64,000 nt of DNA from the IMG/VR virus record IMGVR_UViG_3300018933_000001, positions 82,538 through 146,537 of that record. One strand, 5' to 3'. The stretch's first letter is position 1, and every line of letters begins with the position of its first letter. Shown here piece by piece: positions 16,709 to 25,591 of the stretch. The notes beneath the pieces were generated by a model. The model searched no databases. It was not told the DNA's origin and saw only the letters and a list, made by a program, of their open reading frames with translations. Source of the stretch: a virus. The translations under genes were made by a program, and so were the position numbers.

Positions 16709-17125
16709 ATGGAAGTTAGACTTATAATTGCTGGTTCTAGAGATTTTAATAATTACGAACTTCTAAAGAAAGAAGTGGATGAGTATTTCTTAAGTATTGT
16801 TAATGACCTTTTTAGTGATTTACCCGTAGGTACTACAAAAGCTATTTATACAAAAATCGTATCTGGTGGAGCTAGAGGTGCGGATAGATTAGGTGAGAGA
16901 TATGCTAGGGAAAGAAGTTTAGCAATTAAACAGTTTATTCCTAACTGGGGGAGTGAAGGTAAGAAAGCTGGTCGCTTAAGAAATGAAGAAATGGCAGAGT
17001 ATTCTAACTACTGCATTTGTTTCTGGAATGGTAGCCCCGGAACTGCCAGCCTGATTAGATTAGCTAAGAAGTATAAATTAGGTTTAAAAGTAGTTAATGT
17101 AGATTCTACTAATGAAAAAGAATAA
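16709..17125 (+). CDS. DUF2493/YspA-like SLOG family protein
   Basis: IIAGSRDFNNY, IVSGGARGADRLGERYA, PNW..GKKAG..RNEEM, SPGT. Confidence 0.88.
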   Translation: MEVRLIIAGSRDFNNYELLKKEVDEYFLSIVNDLFSDLPVGTTKAIYTKIVSGGARGADRLGERYARERSLAIKQFIPNWGSEGKKAGRLRNEEMAEYSNYCICFWNGSPGTASLIRLAKKYKLGLKVVNVDSTNEKE

Positions 17126-17681
17126 TTCTCTCAAAACTCTAACTTCTCATAAATCAGATGAACACAATACTCCAAGTTACATAATAGAAGCTGCTAGAGA
17201 AGTCCTAGGTACTATTGATTTAGATTCAATGTCTAATACTTTGGCTAATGAAACAGTTAAAGCCACGACATTTTACACGAAAGAAGATAATGGGTTGGAT
17301 AAAGATTGGTATGGAAGAGTCTGGTTAAATCCTCCATTCTCTTTAGCAAAGTTAGCTATTCCTAAACTAATAGAATCTTATGAGTCGGGACAAGTAGAAG
17401 AAGCTATATTACTAATCAAATCTGATGTCTCTACTCAAAAATACAAATTGCTTTATCCTTATCCATTTTGTGAATTGAATAAAAGAGTTAAGTTTGAGAA
17501 TGTAGATAATAAAGATTCAGCTCCTTTCCCAGTAGTATTATTCTATTTAGGAAGAAATTATTATAGATGGAATAAAGTAATGAGTAAGCTAGGTAATGTT
17601 CATCCAGGTAATAGATTATTTAATAAATTAGCTATGAATTGTAATATTGATGATTTACGTTATTTAGGAGTAATAGAATGA
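17112..17681 (+). CDS. Phage DNA N6-adenine methyltransferase
   Basis: DEHNTP, IDLD, DNGL..DW.GRVWLNPPFS. Confidence 0.88.
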   Translation: MKKNNSLKTLTSHKSDEHNTPSYIIEAAREVLGTIDLDSMSNTLANETVKATTFYTKEDNGLDKDWYGRVWLNPPFSLAKLAIPKLIESYESGQVEEAILLIKSDVSTQKYKLLYPYPFCELNKRVKFENVDNKDSAPFPVVLFYLGRNYYRWNKVMSKLGNVHPGNRLFNKLAMNCNIDDLRYLGVIE

Positions 17682-17902
17682 GTCTTGATAGAGAAGAGTT
17701 AAAGAGATTAGGTATAAGGTTCCCTTTAATAAAAGAGAGGAAATTACCTAAAGACAACGGGTTTTCGAGTAGAGATTACGTGGAGGATAATCTTGGGGCT
17801 GCTGAATGGTTATTAGATAACTCAGAAATGTTATTAGAAGTGTTAATTAAATATCGTAGAATTACTGGAATTACTTTTAAAGAAGAAAAACCAAGTGAAT
17901 AG
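17678..17902 (+). CDS. Hypothetical protein
   Basis: Translationally coupled 74-aa ORF. Confidence 0.7.
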   Translation: MSLDREELKRLGIRFPLIKERKLPKDNGFSSRDYVEDNLGAAEWLLDNSEMLLEVLIKYRRITGITFKEEKPSE

Positions 17903-18275
17903 TCTAAATGTAAAAAGAATATCTATTAAAGGAAGTCCTAGTCAACCAGACGCAATTTATATAGGTAGAGAGAATAGAACTTATTGTTTGAGGCAAAGTC
18001 CTTTAGCTAATCATTATAAGATAGGTAAAGACGGGACTAGAGATGAAGTAGTAAAGAAATACCGCCAATGGTTGTGGGAAGAAGTGCAGAGAGGAAGAGC
18101 GGTAGAGAATGAGGTTTGGAAAGAGCTAAAGAGTATCTTAAAGGACATTAAGCAGTTAGACTCTGAAGACGATTATATTAGACTAATGTGTTGGTGTAAA
18201 GAAGATGAGAAATGTCATGGGGATATAATTATTAACTGTCTTAATTGGATGAATAAGAGTAACTTAGGAGATTGA
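17895..18275 (+). CDS. DUF4326 domain protein
   Basis: IYIGR, SPLANHY, GTRDEVVKKYRQWL, LMCWCK...CHGDII. Confidence 0.88.
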   Translation: MNSLNVKRISIKGSPSQPDAIYIGRENRTYCLRQSPLANHYKIGKDGTRDEVVKKYRQWLWEEVQRGRAVENEVWKELKSILKDIKQLDSEDDYIRLMCWCKEDEKCHGDIIINCLNWMNKSNLGD

Positions 18276-18276
18276 T

Positions 18277-18573
18277 ATGAAAGTAGCTTTTTTAAGTCCA
18301 GATTCTACTGAGATATGTCTTACTAGATATGATTATTATGATGCAGAAGAGTATGAGCCAAATATAGGACTACGAGATGCTCTGCTAGATTTTTCTAAAA
18401 TGCAAAAGATTAATAGATCTATTTCAGAAGTTCTTGAGAAATTTGGAAATTGGAAAGTATTAGTATCTTGCGAAGAAGTTATAGGTACTAATTGGTATTA
18501 CTCTAATAAGTTTAAAGAACCTAAAACTATTAAAGAGTTGTGCTTAACTAATATCTGGATGTTAGGAGATTAA
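18277..18573 (+). CDS. Hypothetical protein (paralog of 20836)
   Basis: MKVAFL..D...GLRDALLDF versus MKVIFI..D...GFYQALLDF. Confidence 0.7.
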   Translation: MKVAFLSPDSTEICLTRYDYYDAEEYEPNIGLRDALLDFSKMQKINRSISEVLEKFGNWKVLVSCEEVIGTNWYYSNKFKEPKTIKELCLTNIWMLGD

Positions 18574-18575
18574 TC

Positions 18576-18881
18576 ATGATAAAAGAGAAGAAAGCTATTC
18601 AATATAGAGGATTTTATTTAACAGCTTGTTACACAGAAAAAGATAACCCTGGGTATATTGGTACTATCTACTCTAAGGAATTAGACAAGTATAGATGGAA
18701 AACTAATCATTACGGCTACCCAAAAATTATCTATCAGTATCAAATAGATGAAACAATAGACAAAATGAAAGAGGAAGTTGATAAATTTTTAGAAAAATAT
18801 AAAAAGTATCTTGAGTGGAGAATAGAAGAAACAAAACTAGAACTTGATAGGCTGTTATTTCACTTAAATTTTTTATTTTAA
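18576..18881 (+). CDS. HicB-like domain protein
   Basis: IQYRGFYLTACY...YIGTI...KMKEEVDKFL. Confidence 0.6.
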   Translation: MIKEKKAIQYRGFYLTACYTEKDNPGYIGTIYSKELDKYRWKTNHYGYPKIIYQYQIDETIDKMKEEVDKFLEKYKKYLEWRIEETKLELDRLLFHLNFLF

Positions 18882-18893
18882 AAAAAGTAAATT

Positions 18894-19763
18894 ATGTTAG
18901 TACAAAGAGCTGAGGAATTTGCACGTTTAGTTCACAAAAATCAATTCTATGGAGAATTGCCTTACACTGACCACTTAAAAGAAGTTTATTTAACTCTATT
19001 AGATTTTGCAGTTAAAGATGAGATAATTTTAGCTGCTAGTTGGTTGCATCACTCAATAGAAGATACCTATACTACTTATGAGACATTAGAGATTCAGTTT
19101 GGTAAAGAAGTAGCAGATTTGGTTCAATTAGTTACTAATGAAAAAGGAACTAATCGGAAAGAAATACTAGAGAAGACAGCTCCTAAAATCAAAAGTAACG
19201 AGAAAGCTTTAATCTTGAAGTTAGCTGACAGAATAGTAAATACTGAGTGTAGTCTTTTTTATAATGAAAAGCTTTATAAAATGTATGAGAAAGAGTTTCC
19301 TAGATTTAAGACTCTTTTATTTAGAGAAGATGAGAAGAACGATGCTATTTTAAAGCTGTGGAATTATTTAAGTAATCTGTGTGAAAAAAAGAGTTTGAAT
19401 ATTATGATTCAACTAAATACTGAAAAATGGTGGGATGAAGAGAAAGATAAAGAGTTGATAGATAGCTACTCTCTACTATCTTTACTAATTACACCTACCT
19501 CTCATTTAAACGAGCAAGGATACCTAAAGCTAGAAGAACTACTTAAAAACTCTTCTAAAGGTACTAAATTCAAAATAACGATTGAGAGAAATGAACCAGA
19601 AGATGATCCTTGGGTGAGGTTAGCTGGTAAGTATGAAAACGACCCGCAATACGATGAGGTATTGGCACACATAGAAGAATATCGAAAAGAATTAGACGAA
19701 AGAGAAGCTGAGTATTACGATGATTGTTACGAAATAATAGAGGAGAAAGTGTATGACCTGTAA
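18894..19763 (+). CDS. Mesh1/SpoT-like HD hydrolase domain (HD motif reads HH) with C-terminal extension
   Basis: AEEFA...HKNQ, PYTDHLKEV, WLHHSIEDT, FGKEVADLV..VT, LKLADRIVN; tail DPWVRLAGKYENDPQYDEVLAHIEEYRKELD. Confidence 0.85.
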   Translation: MLVQRAEEFARLVHKNQFYGELPYTDHLKEVYLTLLDFAVKDEIILAASWLHHSIEDTYTTYETLEIQFGKEVADLVQLVTNEKGTNRKEILEKTAPKIKSNEKALILKLADRIVNTECSLFYNEKLYKMYEKEFPRFKTLLFREDEKNDAILKLWNYLSNLCEKKSLNIMIQLNTEKWWDEEKDKELIDSYSLLSLLITPTSHLNEQGYLKLEELLKNSSKGTKFKITIERNEPEDDPWVRLAGKYENDPQYDEVLAHIEEYRKELDEREAEYYDDCYEIIEEKVYDL

Positions 19764-20487
19764 AGTTAAGCTTGTGTCTATTACCCAATCTTTAATAGAT
19801 GTTGAACCTGAAGTAGCTGAAAAGATGGGGATTGATGTTAGGAAATTAACTCCAGAAGAACACTTAATTTTTACAGCCAGAGTTTCGTCACCTAAGAATC
19901 AGAAGAATATTGATACTACTGAAAGACTACTAAACTACTGCTTTACTAGAGGTCACGTATCTGTATTTGAACAAGTTGATTTTGCTGTGGAAATTACCAC
20001 CAGTCAAGCTATATCTGCTCAACTTTTAAGACATAGAAGTGGGGTTTTTCAACAATTTTCAGGAAGATACGCTGAAGTTACTTCTATTGAACCGATTGAG
20101 TTTAGGTTACAAGATACTAAAAACAGACAAAATAGTTTAGACACTATAGCTTTGATAGATGTTGAAAATAGAGAAAATTTTAAAGTTCTAGTAGAAGACG
20201 AGTCTGTAGAAAATCTAATGATACTTGTTGAACGTCATCTCTTAGAAGCTAAAGAACTATATAAAACTCTGCTAGCAAAAGGAGTAGCTCTCGAATGTGC
20301 AAGATTTATATTACCTACTTCTCATACTACTACTCTTTATATGAAGAACAATCTTCGTAATTGGATTCATTACATATTGGCTAGAACTAAAGATGGAGTA
20401 CAGAAAGAACATAAAGAAGTAGCTCTCCAAATTAGAAAGATAGTTCAAGAACATTTTCCAATTACAGCTAAAGCTTTGGTATTTTAA
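19753..20487 (+). CDS. thyX: Flavin-dependent thymidylate synthase
   Basis: HVSVFE, QLLRHRSGVFQQFSGRY (RHRx7S), ECARFILP, NLRNWIH, QKEH. Confidence 0.96.
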   Translation: MTCKVKLVSITQSLIDVEPEVAEKMGIDVRKLTPEEHLIFTARVSSPKNQKNIDTTERLLNYCFTRGHVSVFEQVDFAVEITTSQAISAQLLRHRSGVFQQFSGRYAEVTSIEPIEFRLQDTKNRQNSLDTIALIDVENRENFKVLVEDESVENLMILVERHLLEAKELYKTLLAKGVALECARFILPTSHTTTLYMKNNLRNWIHYILARTKDGVQKEHKEVALQIRKIVQEHFPITAKALVF

Positions 20488-20500
20488 AAAGGAATAAATT

Positions 20501-20839
20501 ATGTATCTTAAAATTAATCTACTAGAAGACGAAGAGTTAAGAAAAACTATTAAACAGTTAGTAGAATCTCAACTTAAGTCATTAGTTCGAGAAGAAGTTA
20601 CTAAGACTATTAACTCTGAAGTTGACAGAATACTCAAAGCTGAGAACGGTTTTATGTCTAATCTACTAGATACTAAAATTAGAGATTATTTGTCACAACA
20701 TTACTCTAATCCTAAATATAGTAGGTACTGTTCAAGACTAGAGCATTTAGTAAGAGACATCTTAGGTGAAAAGATTAAGTTAGCCATGGAAGATAGATTA
20801 ATGAAAAGTTTCTTAGATTTGTGCAAGGAAGAAGAATGA
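20501..20839 (+). CDS. Hypothetical helical protein
   Basis: AAGGA RBS, 112 aa. Confidence 0.75.
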   Translation: MYLKINLLEDEELRKTIKQLVESQLKSLVREEVTKTINSEVDRILKAENGFMSNLLDTKIRDYLSQHYSNPKYSRYCSRLEHLVRDILGEKIKLAMEDRLMKSFLDLCKEEE

Positions 20840-21093
20840 AAGTAATATTTATTAACTCAGATTTCTTTTGGTGTAATAGAAAACCTAGAGACTATGTAGG
20901 TACTAAAGGATTTTATCAAGCTTTACTAGATTTTAAAGAAGATAGATGTTCAAATTGTACAGATGAGTTTTTTCTAAAACATCATGACAATTACTTAGTA
21001 TATTCCACTGCGAAAGAATTACCTAGTGATTTAAAATATGAAGGCTTAGTAAAAGACCTATATCCTAGAGCTTTAGATTGGTTTGATAAGTAA
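20836..21093 (+). CDS. Hypothetical protein (paralog of 18277)
   Basis: ATGA coupling at 20836; ALLDF motif. Confidence 0.7.
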   Translation: MKVIFINSDFFWCNRKPRDYVGTKGFYQALLDFKEDRCSNCTDEFFLKHHDNYLVYSTAKELPSDLKYEGLVKDLYPRALDWFDK

Positions 21094-21095
21094 GG

Positions 21096-22415
21096 TTACA
21101 TGGAGGGAGAGATTTGGCTTTGTTGCTCTATCTGCTTCAAAGCCTTTGCTTCTTCTATTTCTTGTTCAGTTTGAAGAGGTAACCCTAATAAACCTCTAAT
21201 CCTATTATTAATTACAGGGTCATCTCCACTAAGAATCCCCATTGAAACAGCAGTAAAGATATTTTGTAATTGCTGCATTTCTACTCCAGGGTCTGAAGAA
21301 GAATCAATGGTAAATTTACCGTAATCTTTCTGTTTGCCAAAGTTGTTAATAATTATTGGTTTACAGACTTTCTCAATAATTTGGTCTTGAATCTGATTTA
21401 CTACTACTTCTATATTTGCGTCTAAAAGAGTAGACTGCTTTACGGATAGTGTTGCTACCCCGATTGAACCACTACCTTCTTCAAATATTAATACTGGAAC
21501 CCCAAATGCTCTGTGGATGTTCTTATTCAGTTCTGTTAATGCAAAGTTCCAAGAAGGGCTTCCGTCAGATACATTAAGAGCAGTGACATTATTAGCTTTA
21601 TCTGTGACGATGATTGCGTTGTTTTCTACATTAGCTAGTTTTTCATACATTACTTGAGCTGCATTTTTCCTCAAAGGTTGATTGTCTCTTCCCATTAAAG
21701 GCTTACCATAAGCATCAGTAACAGTAGCATTGATAGTAGCAGCACTATCTACTTGAGCAAATAGAATACCAGTAGATAAGTTCTTAATAGATACAATCAT
21801 GTCAGCTAGAACTGCTATTTTAGCTTTCCAGAATGGATATGCAATTGCAGCTTCGGCTTTTCCAAACGGGTCATTGAATATAGTAGCAGCAGAATTAGTT
21901 ACATGGATGATTTTTTTATATGGAATAGGAATGTTAGATTTAGCTCTATCGTTGTAAATTACATATTCAATATATCCTTTTGAACCTTTAAACTTTACTC
22001 TTTCTAAGCTTAGTGGATAAATGCTTTCTAGTTTTAGATAACCTTGTTTATCTAATCTGAAGTTAATTTCTGCTACTGAAAATCCTAATGCTGGGGCAAT
22101 AGCTAATTCTGATACTGCTTTCTTTAGAGTATCCCGCATATTACCAAACATTTCTTGAAGAAAATCAGTTATTTCCGGCTTAGTATGTTGGTATACACCA
22201 AATATATTAGCAGCTCTCAAACACTTAATATCTACGCAAGCTTTTGCTATTGGGTCTTTATGGAGAAAATGTAGAAGTTCAGTAATAGAATGTGTTCCAT
22301 CCCAACTAATCTCTTGAATAGTAGAATCAGATAATTTAGATATTTTAGAAGAATGATTCGTAGTATAAAGCTGTTCTTCAAATTGTCTTGTAGGTTGAGG
22401 ATTACGTGATTTCAT
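21096..22415 (-). CDS. Portal protein, DUF935/Mu gp29-like
   Basis: DPIAKAC, LGFSVAEI, DPFGKAE...YPFWKAK, LNKNIHRAFG; 439 aa. Confidence 0.8.
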   Translation of the reverse strand: MKSRNPQPTRQFEEQLYTTNHSSKISKLSDSTIQEISWDGTHSITELLHFLHKDPIAKACVDIKCLRAANIFGVYQHTKPEITDFLQEMFGNMRDTLKKAVSELAIAPALGFSVAEINFRLDKQGYLKLESIYPLSLERVKFKGSKGYIEYVIYNDRAKSNIPIPYKKIIHVTNSAATIFNDPFGKAEAAIAYPFWKAKIAVLADMIVSIKNLSTGILFAQVDSAATINATVTDAYGKPLMGRDNQPLRKNAAQVMYEKLANVENNAIIVTDKANNVTALNVSDGSPSWNFALTELNKNIHRAFGVPVLIFEEGSGSIGVATLSVKQSTLLDANIEVVVNQIQDQIIEKVCKPIIINNFGKQKDYGKFTIDSSSDPGVEMQQLQNIFTAVSMGILSGDDPVINNRIRGLLGLPLQTEQEIEEAKALKQIEQQSQISPSM

Positions 22416-22473
22416 TTGTCATTTTATTTTATTTCCTTTGTAAACTTTAACATGAAATGAGTAGAGGTAAATT

Positions 22474-22857
22474 ATGGGATGTTACGTTCGGTTTTCATTA
22501 GATATTAAGTTAAAACTAGATACTCCTAGAGAAGTTGTAGACGTTTTAAAATACGCTCTACCAAGAAAAGCTAGTAGGTCTAAAAAGATAGAATTACCTG
22601 ACCACAGATTTTTTAAAAATCCTGATTGGTATTTTACTTTAGGATGTAGCAATGATTTAGAAATACCAAGATTGAGAAAACTTAGAGGAAAAGACAAAGG
22701 TTATAGTTTGAATATCTATTCAGAATTTAAAGAGAATTGGGGAAGTGAATATAGATTTATTAATTGGATAGAACCTTATTTAGACCATTTACCGGGAGAG
22801 GTTTTAGGTTGGAGAGAAGATGATTATAATGAACGGACTGTTATTAAAAAGAAATAA
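22474..22857 (+). CDS. Hypothetical phage protein
   Basis: GAGG RBS; LPDHRFF..W and FINWIEPY. Confidence 0.75.
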   Translation: MGCYVRFSLDIKLKLDTPREVVDVLKYALPRKASRSKKIELPDHRFFKNPDWYFTLGCSNDLEIPRLRKLRGKDKGYSLNIYSEFKENWGSEYRFINWIEPYLDHLPGEVLGWREDDYNERTVIKKK

Positions 22858-22869
22858 GGTGATTAAATT

Positions 22870-23262
22870 ATGACTTTTAACCAAGAAGAATATATCAAAT
22901 TACTTTCTGAAATTGTTATCAAACCTATTGAATCTGATGAAGAATTAGATAGATACGTGAAATTAGTAGAGCCTTACTTCTTTGATAAGGAGAAAAGTCC
23001 TGAAGAAGTATCTATTTATAATCTACTAACTATCTTGATTGTTGAATACGAAGAAAAACATTATCCCGTACCTGAACTAGAACCATTAGAATTCTTAAAA
23101 GGTTGTATGGAACTTCATGACTTAAAACAAGAAGATTTAGTTGGTGTTATTGGTAGCCAAGGAGTAGTATCTGAAGTTATTAATGGTAAAAGAGAAATAT
23201 CAAAAGCACAAGCAAGAGCATTAGGTGAATTCTTTAAAGTAGATTACAAAAGTTTTTTATAA
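22870..23262 (+). CDS. higA: HigA-family HTH antitoxin (orphan)
   Basis: LLTILIVEYEEKHYPVP..EPLEFL...LKQEDLVGVIGSQGVVSEVINGKREISKAQARALGEFFKV. No adjacent HigB. Confidence 0.9.
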   Translation: MTFNQEEYIKLLSEIVIKPIESDEELDRYVKLVEPYFFDKEKSPEEVSIYNLLTILIVEYEEKHYPVPELEPLEFLKGCMELHDLKQEDLVGVIGSQGVVSEVINGKREISKAQARALGEFFKVDYKSFL

Positions 23263-23273
23263 GGAGTATATGC

Positions 23274-23564
23274 ATGGACTTTTATAGAATAGAGACAAAA
23301 GCTGATGTTACTTGGAATAGAGAAGTTTTAGGTATTTACGCAGACGGATTTGTAAATAAGCAACTACTAATAGATACTTATAACGAGCAAGCTTTAAAAA
23401 CTGTACTTGGAGGTGTTTCTTCTAATGAGTTTATAAAGTTGACTGTTGAAGATGTTAAATATCAGTGGTGTAAATTAGAAGAAGATAGCAATGGGGAAGT
23501 TTACTCAATACTTAGTGATAAAGGAGAAGTAGATAGTTTTGGTGTTACAGCTATTTATTGGTAA
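23274..23564 (+). CDS. Hypothetical protein
   Basis: AAGGAG RBS. Confidence 0.75.
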   Translation: MDFYRIETKADVTWNREVLGIYADGFVNKQLLIDTYNEQALKTVLGGVSSNEFIKLTVEDVKYQWCKLEEDSNGEVYSILSDKGEVDSFGVTAIYW

Positions 23565-23649
23565 CTAAGATGATTGAAATTAAATTAATGTATGAAGTAG
23601 ATAGTTTTCCCATTATAGGTTACTACTCAGAAGACCACGTTATAAGTTA

Positions 23650-23829
23650 ATGTTTGTTAAAGAGACTCTGTTATCGGAAATAGAAGAATTAGAAGAATGA
23701 CTAGCATTACTTAAGAACAGAGTTACTAATTCAGAAGATATAGGTGTGGGAGATGGAGTAGTTATAGGAACAGGTAAGATAATCAGATTGGTAGGTCAAT
23801 ATCAGGTACTAATGGAAGAGTATGACTAA
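23650..23829 (+). pseudogene. Small gene interrupted by an in-frame TGA at 23698
   Basis: MFVKETLLSEIEELEE*LALLKNRVTNSEDIGVGDGVVIGTGKIIRL...; the coiled-coil pattern continues across the stop. Confidence 0.5.
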
Positions 23830-25591
23830 TAAAAAGCTTATATTTATAGTTGGGTGTTCTAGAACCGGAAGTACCTTACTACTTTCTTACTTATGTGGAT
23901 TAAAGAATACTAAGATACTTTATGAGACTAGATGCCTTACTAATTCACTTAATCTATCATCTAGTGATTTTATAGATTACTTAGCTACTATGTTTAATTC
24001 TATTACAGAAGATATAGTAATAGAGAAGACTCCAGAACATTGTTTCTATTTAAATATAATAGAACAACTGAGGAAGGTATGTAAGAGAGATATTCATGTT
24101 ATCTATGTTACTAGACCACCAGTTCCTACTATCTTATCTATATTGAGAGCTAAAGAAGTATGGACAGATATAGACGTATTAGGAGCTTGTGAGAAGTATG
24201 AAGAGTCAATGATTAGTATCTATCATAATCTTATTACTAAGGTACATCATCCTAACAACACAGAAGGAAGAAAGAGTTTATACGTATATAATTGGCAAGA
24301 TAAGTTAATAGAAGGTGTTAGTTACAGAAGTCATGTTATTAGTGCTTATAGTTTTTCTATTAGTTATAAAAGTCTATTAGAAGATGTTTACTTTACCTTA
24401 TATAATCTCTTAGTTACAAAACTACATCTTGGCCTTAGTGACTCAGATATAAGAAGCATAGTAGTTAATAGAGTAAGTAACTTAAGAAAAGTATTACCTC
24501 AAGTGGAAAAACAATTACATCATAATAACTTGTTTAAAGAAGTAGATGTAGTTAATAAAGAGAGACTTAGTAATGTAAGTAAACTAGCTGATGAAGATAA
24601 GAGAAATATTAAGTACATTAATAACTACTTTACTGATAAAGGTAATAAGTTTAATATATATGACTTAGTAACTAAGAAAGAAGTAATAAGTATAGATAAT
24701 GTTCCATTGGTTACTATAGTAGTTCCTCTATATAACAAAGAAAAGTATATAGTAGACACTTTAAACTCTTTATTAAACCAGACTTATGACAATATAAGAG
24801 TAGTAGTAGTAGATGATGCTTCTACTGATAAAAGTTTAGAGGTAGTAGAAGATTATTATAGAAATTTACCTTATACCTTCTTACAACAAAAGATGTGTAT
24901 AGTGAAAAAAAAGAGTAATCAAGGGGTTTCTTCTACTCGTAATATAGGTATTAGCAACCTTAGTAGTGAAAGTGATATATGCTCGTTCTGTGATGCTGAT
25001 GATATATGGGACTCAACCTTAGTAGAAAAGTCAGTAGATACATTCAAGAGATATCCTTATGTAGATTGTGTTTACTCTAGAGTTCTATTACTCAAAGATG
25101 GAGAACTAATAAAGACTCACAGTAAGATTTGCAACGGAGATGTTTATGAAGATAGTTTAGAATATAACTTCCTTAACTGTGGTAGTAATATCTTTGTTAA
25201 AGCTTCAGTATTAGAACAACATAATATTAGATTTAATGTAGAGTATGACGGATGTGAGGATTGGGATTTTCTTATCCAACTAGCTAAAGTAGCAACGTTT
25301 AAATGTACCAAAGAGTATCTAGTAAAATACCGTCAACTATCTAACTCTTTATCTACTAACAAAGAACTTCAAGTAGTTAAGGGGAAGAAGATACTGGAGA
25401 AGTATTTAGGTGTAGGAGCAAGTCAAACTTATAGAGGGGAGAAGTATAGTAGAATATTTACTCGTCTATTTCTTTATTACTTTACTATTAAAAACCTTAA
25501 GTGGTCTTACATAAAAGATTTAGACATTAGTTATATACTTAGAGTTGTAATGTCTAAGTCAAAAGCTTGTGTTAAGTCACATATATTATAA
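23822..25591 (+). CDS. Sulfotransferase-glycosyltransferase family 2 fusion
   Basis: N-terminal IFIVGCSRTGSTLL, EKTPEH, YVTRPP...S; C-terminal VTIVVPLYN, VVDDASTD, NQGVSSTRNIGI, FCDADD, EDWDF. Confidence 0.88.
   Translation: MTNKKLIFIVGCSRTGSTLLLSYLCGLKNTKILYETRCLTNSLNLSSSDFIDYLATMFNSITEDIVIEKTPEHCFYLNIIEQLRKVCKRDIHVIYVTRPPVPTILSILRAKEVWTDIDVLGACEKYEESMISIYHNLITKVHHPNNTEGRKSLYVYNWQDKLIEGVSYRSHVISAYSFSISYKSLLEDVYFTLYNLLVTKLHLGLSDSDIRSIVVNRVSNLRKVLPQVEKQLHHNNLFKEVDVVNKERLSNVSKLADEDKRNIKYINNYFTDKGNKFNIYDLVTKKEVISIDNVPLVTIVVPLYNKEKYIVDTLNSLLNQTYDNIRVVVVDDASTDKSLEVVEDYYRNLPYTFLQQKMCIVKKKSNQGVSSTRNIGISNLSSESDICSFCDADDIWDSTLVEKSVDTFKRYPYVDCVYSRVLLLKDGELIKTHSKICNGDVYEDSLEYNFLNCGSNIFVKASVLEQHNIRFNVEYDGCEDWDFLIQLAKVATFKCTKEYLVKYRQLSNSLSTNKELQVVKGKKILEKYLGVGASQTYRGEKYSRIFTRLFLYYFTIKNLKWSYIKDLDISYILRVVMSKSKACVKSHIL

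Noticed and set aside
23525-23608. 15-bp direct repeat GAAGTAGATAGTTTT
   Set aside because: Only two copies in low-complexity sequence; at most a small duplication scar.
13577-23700. Stop-codon reassignment as an explanation for the in-frame TAA and TGA
   Set aside because: All three stops end well-defined genes throughout the window, coding density is already high, and there is no suppressor tRNA.
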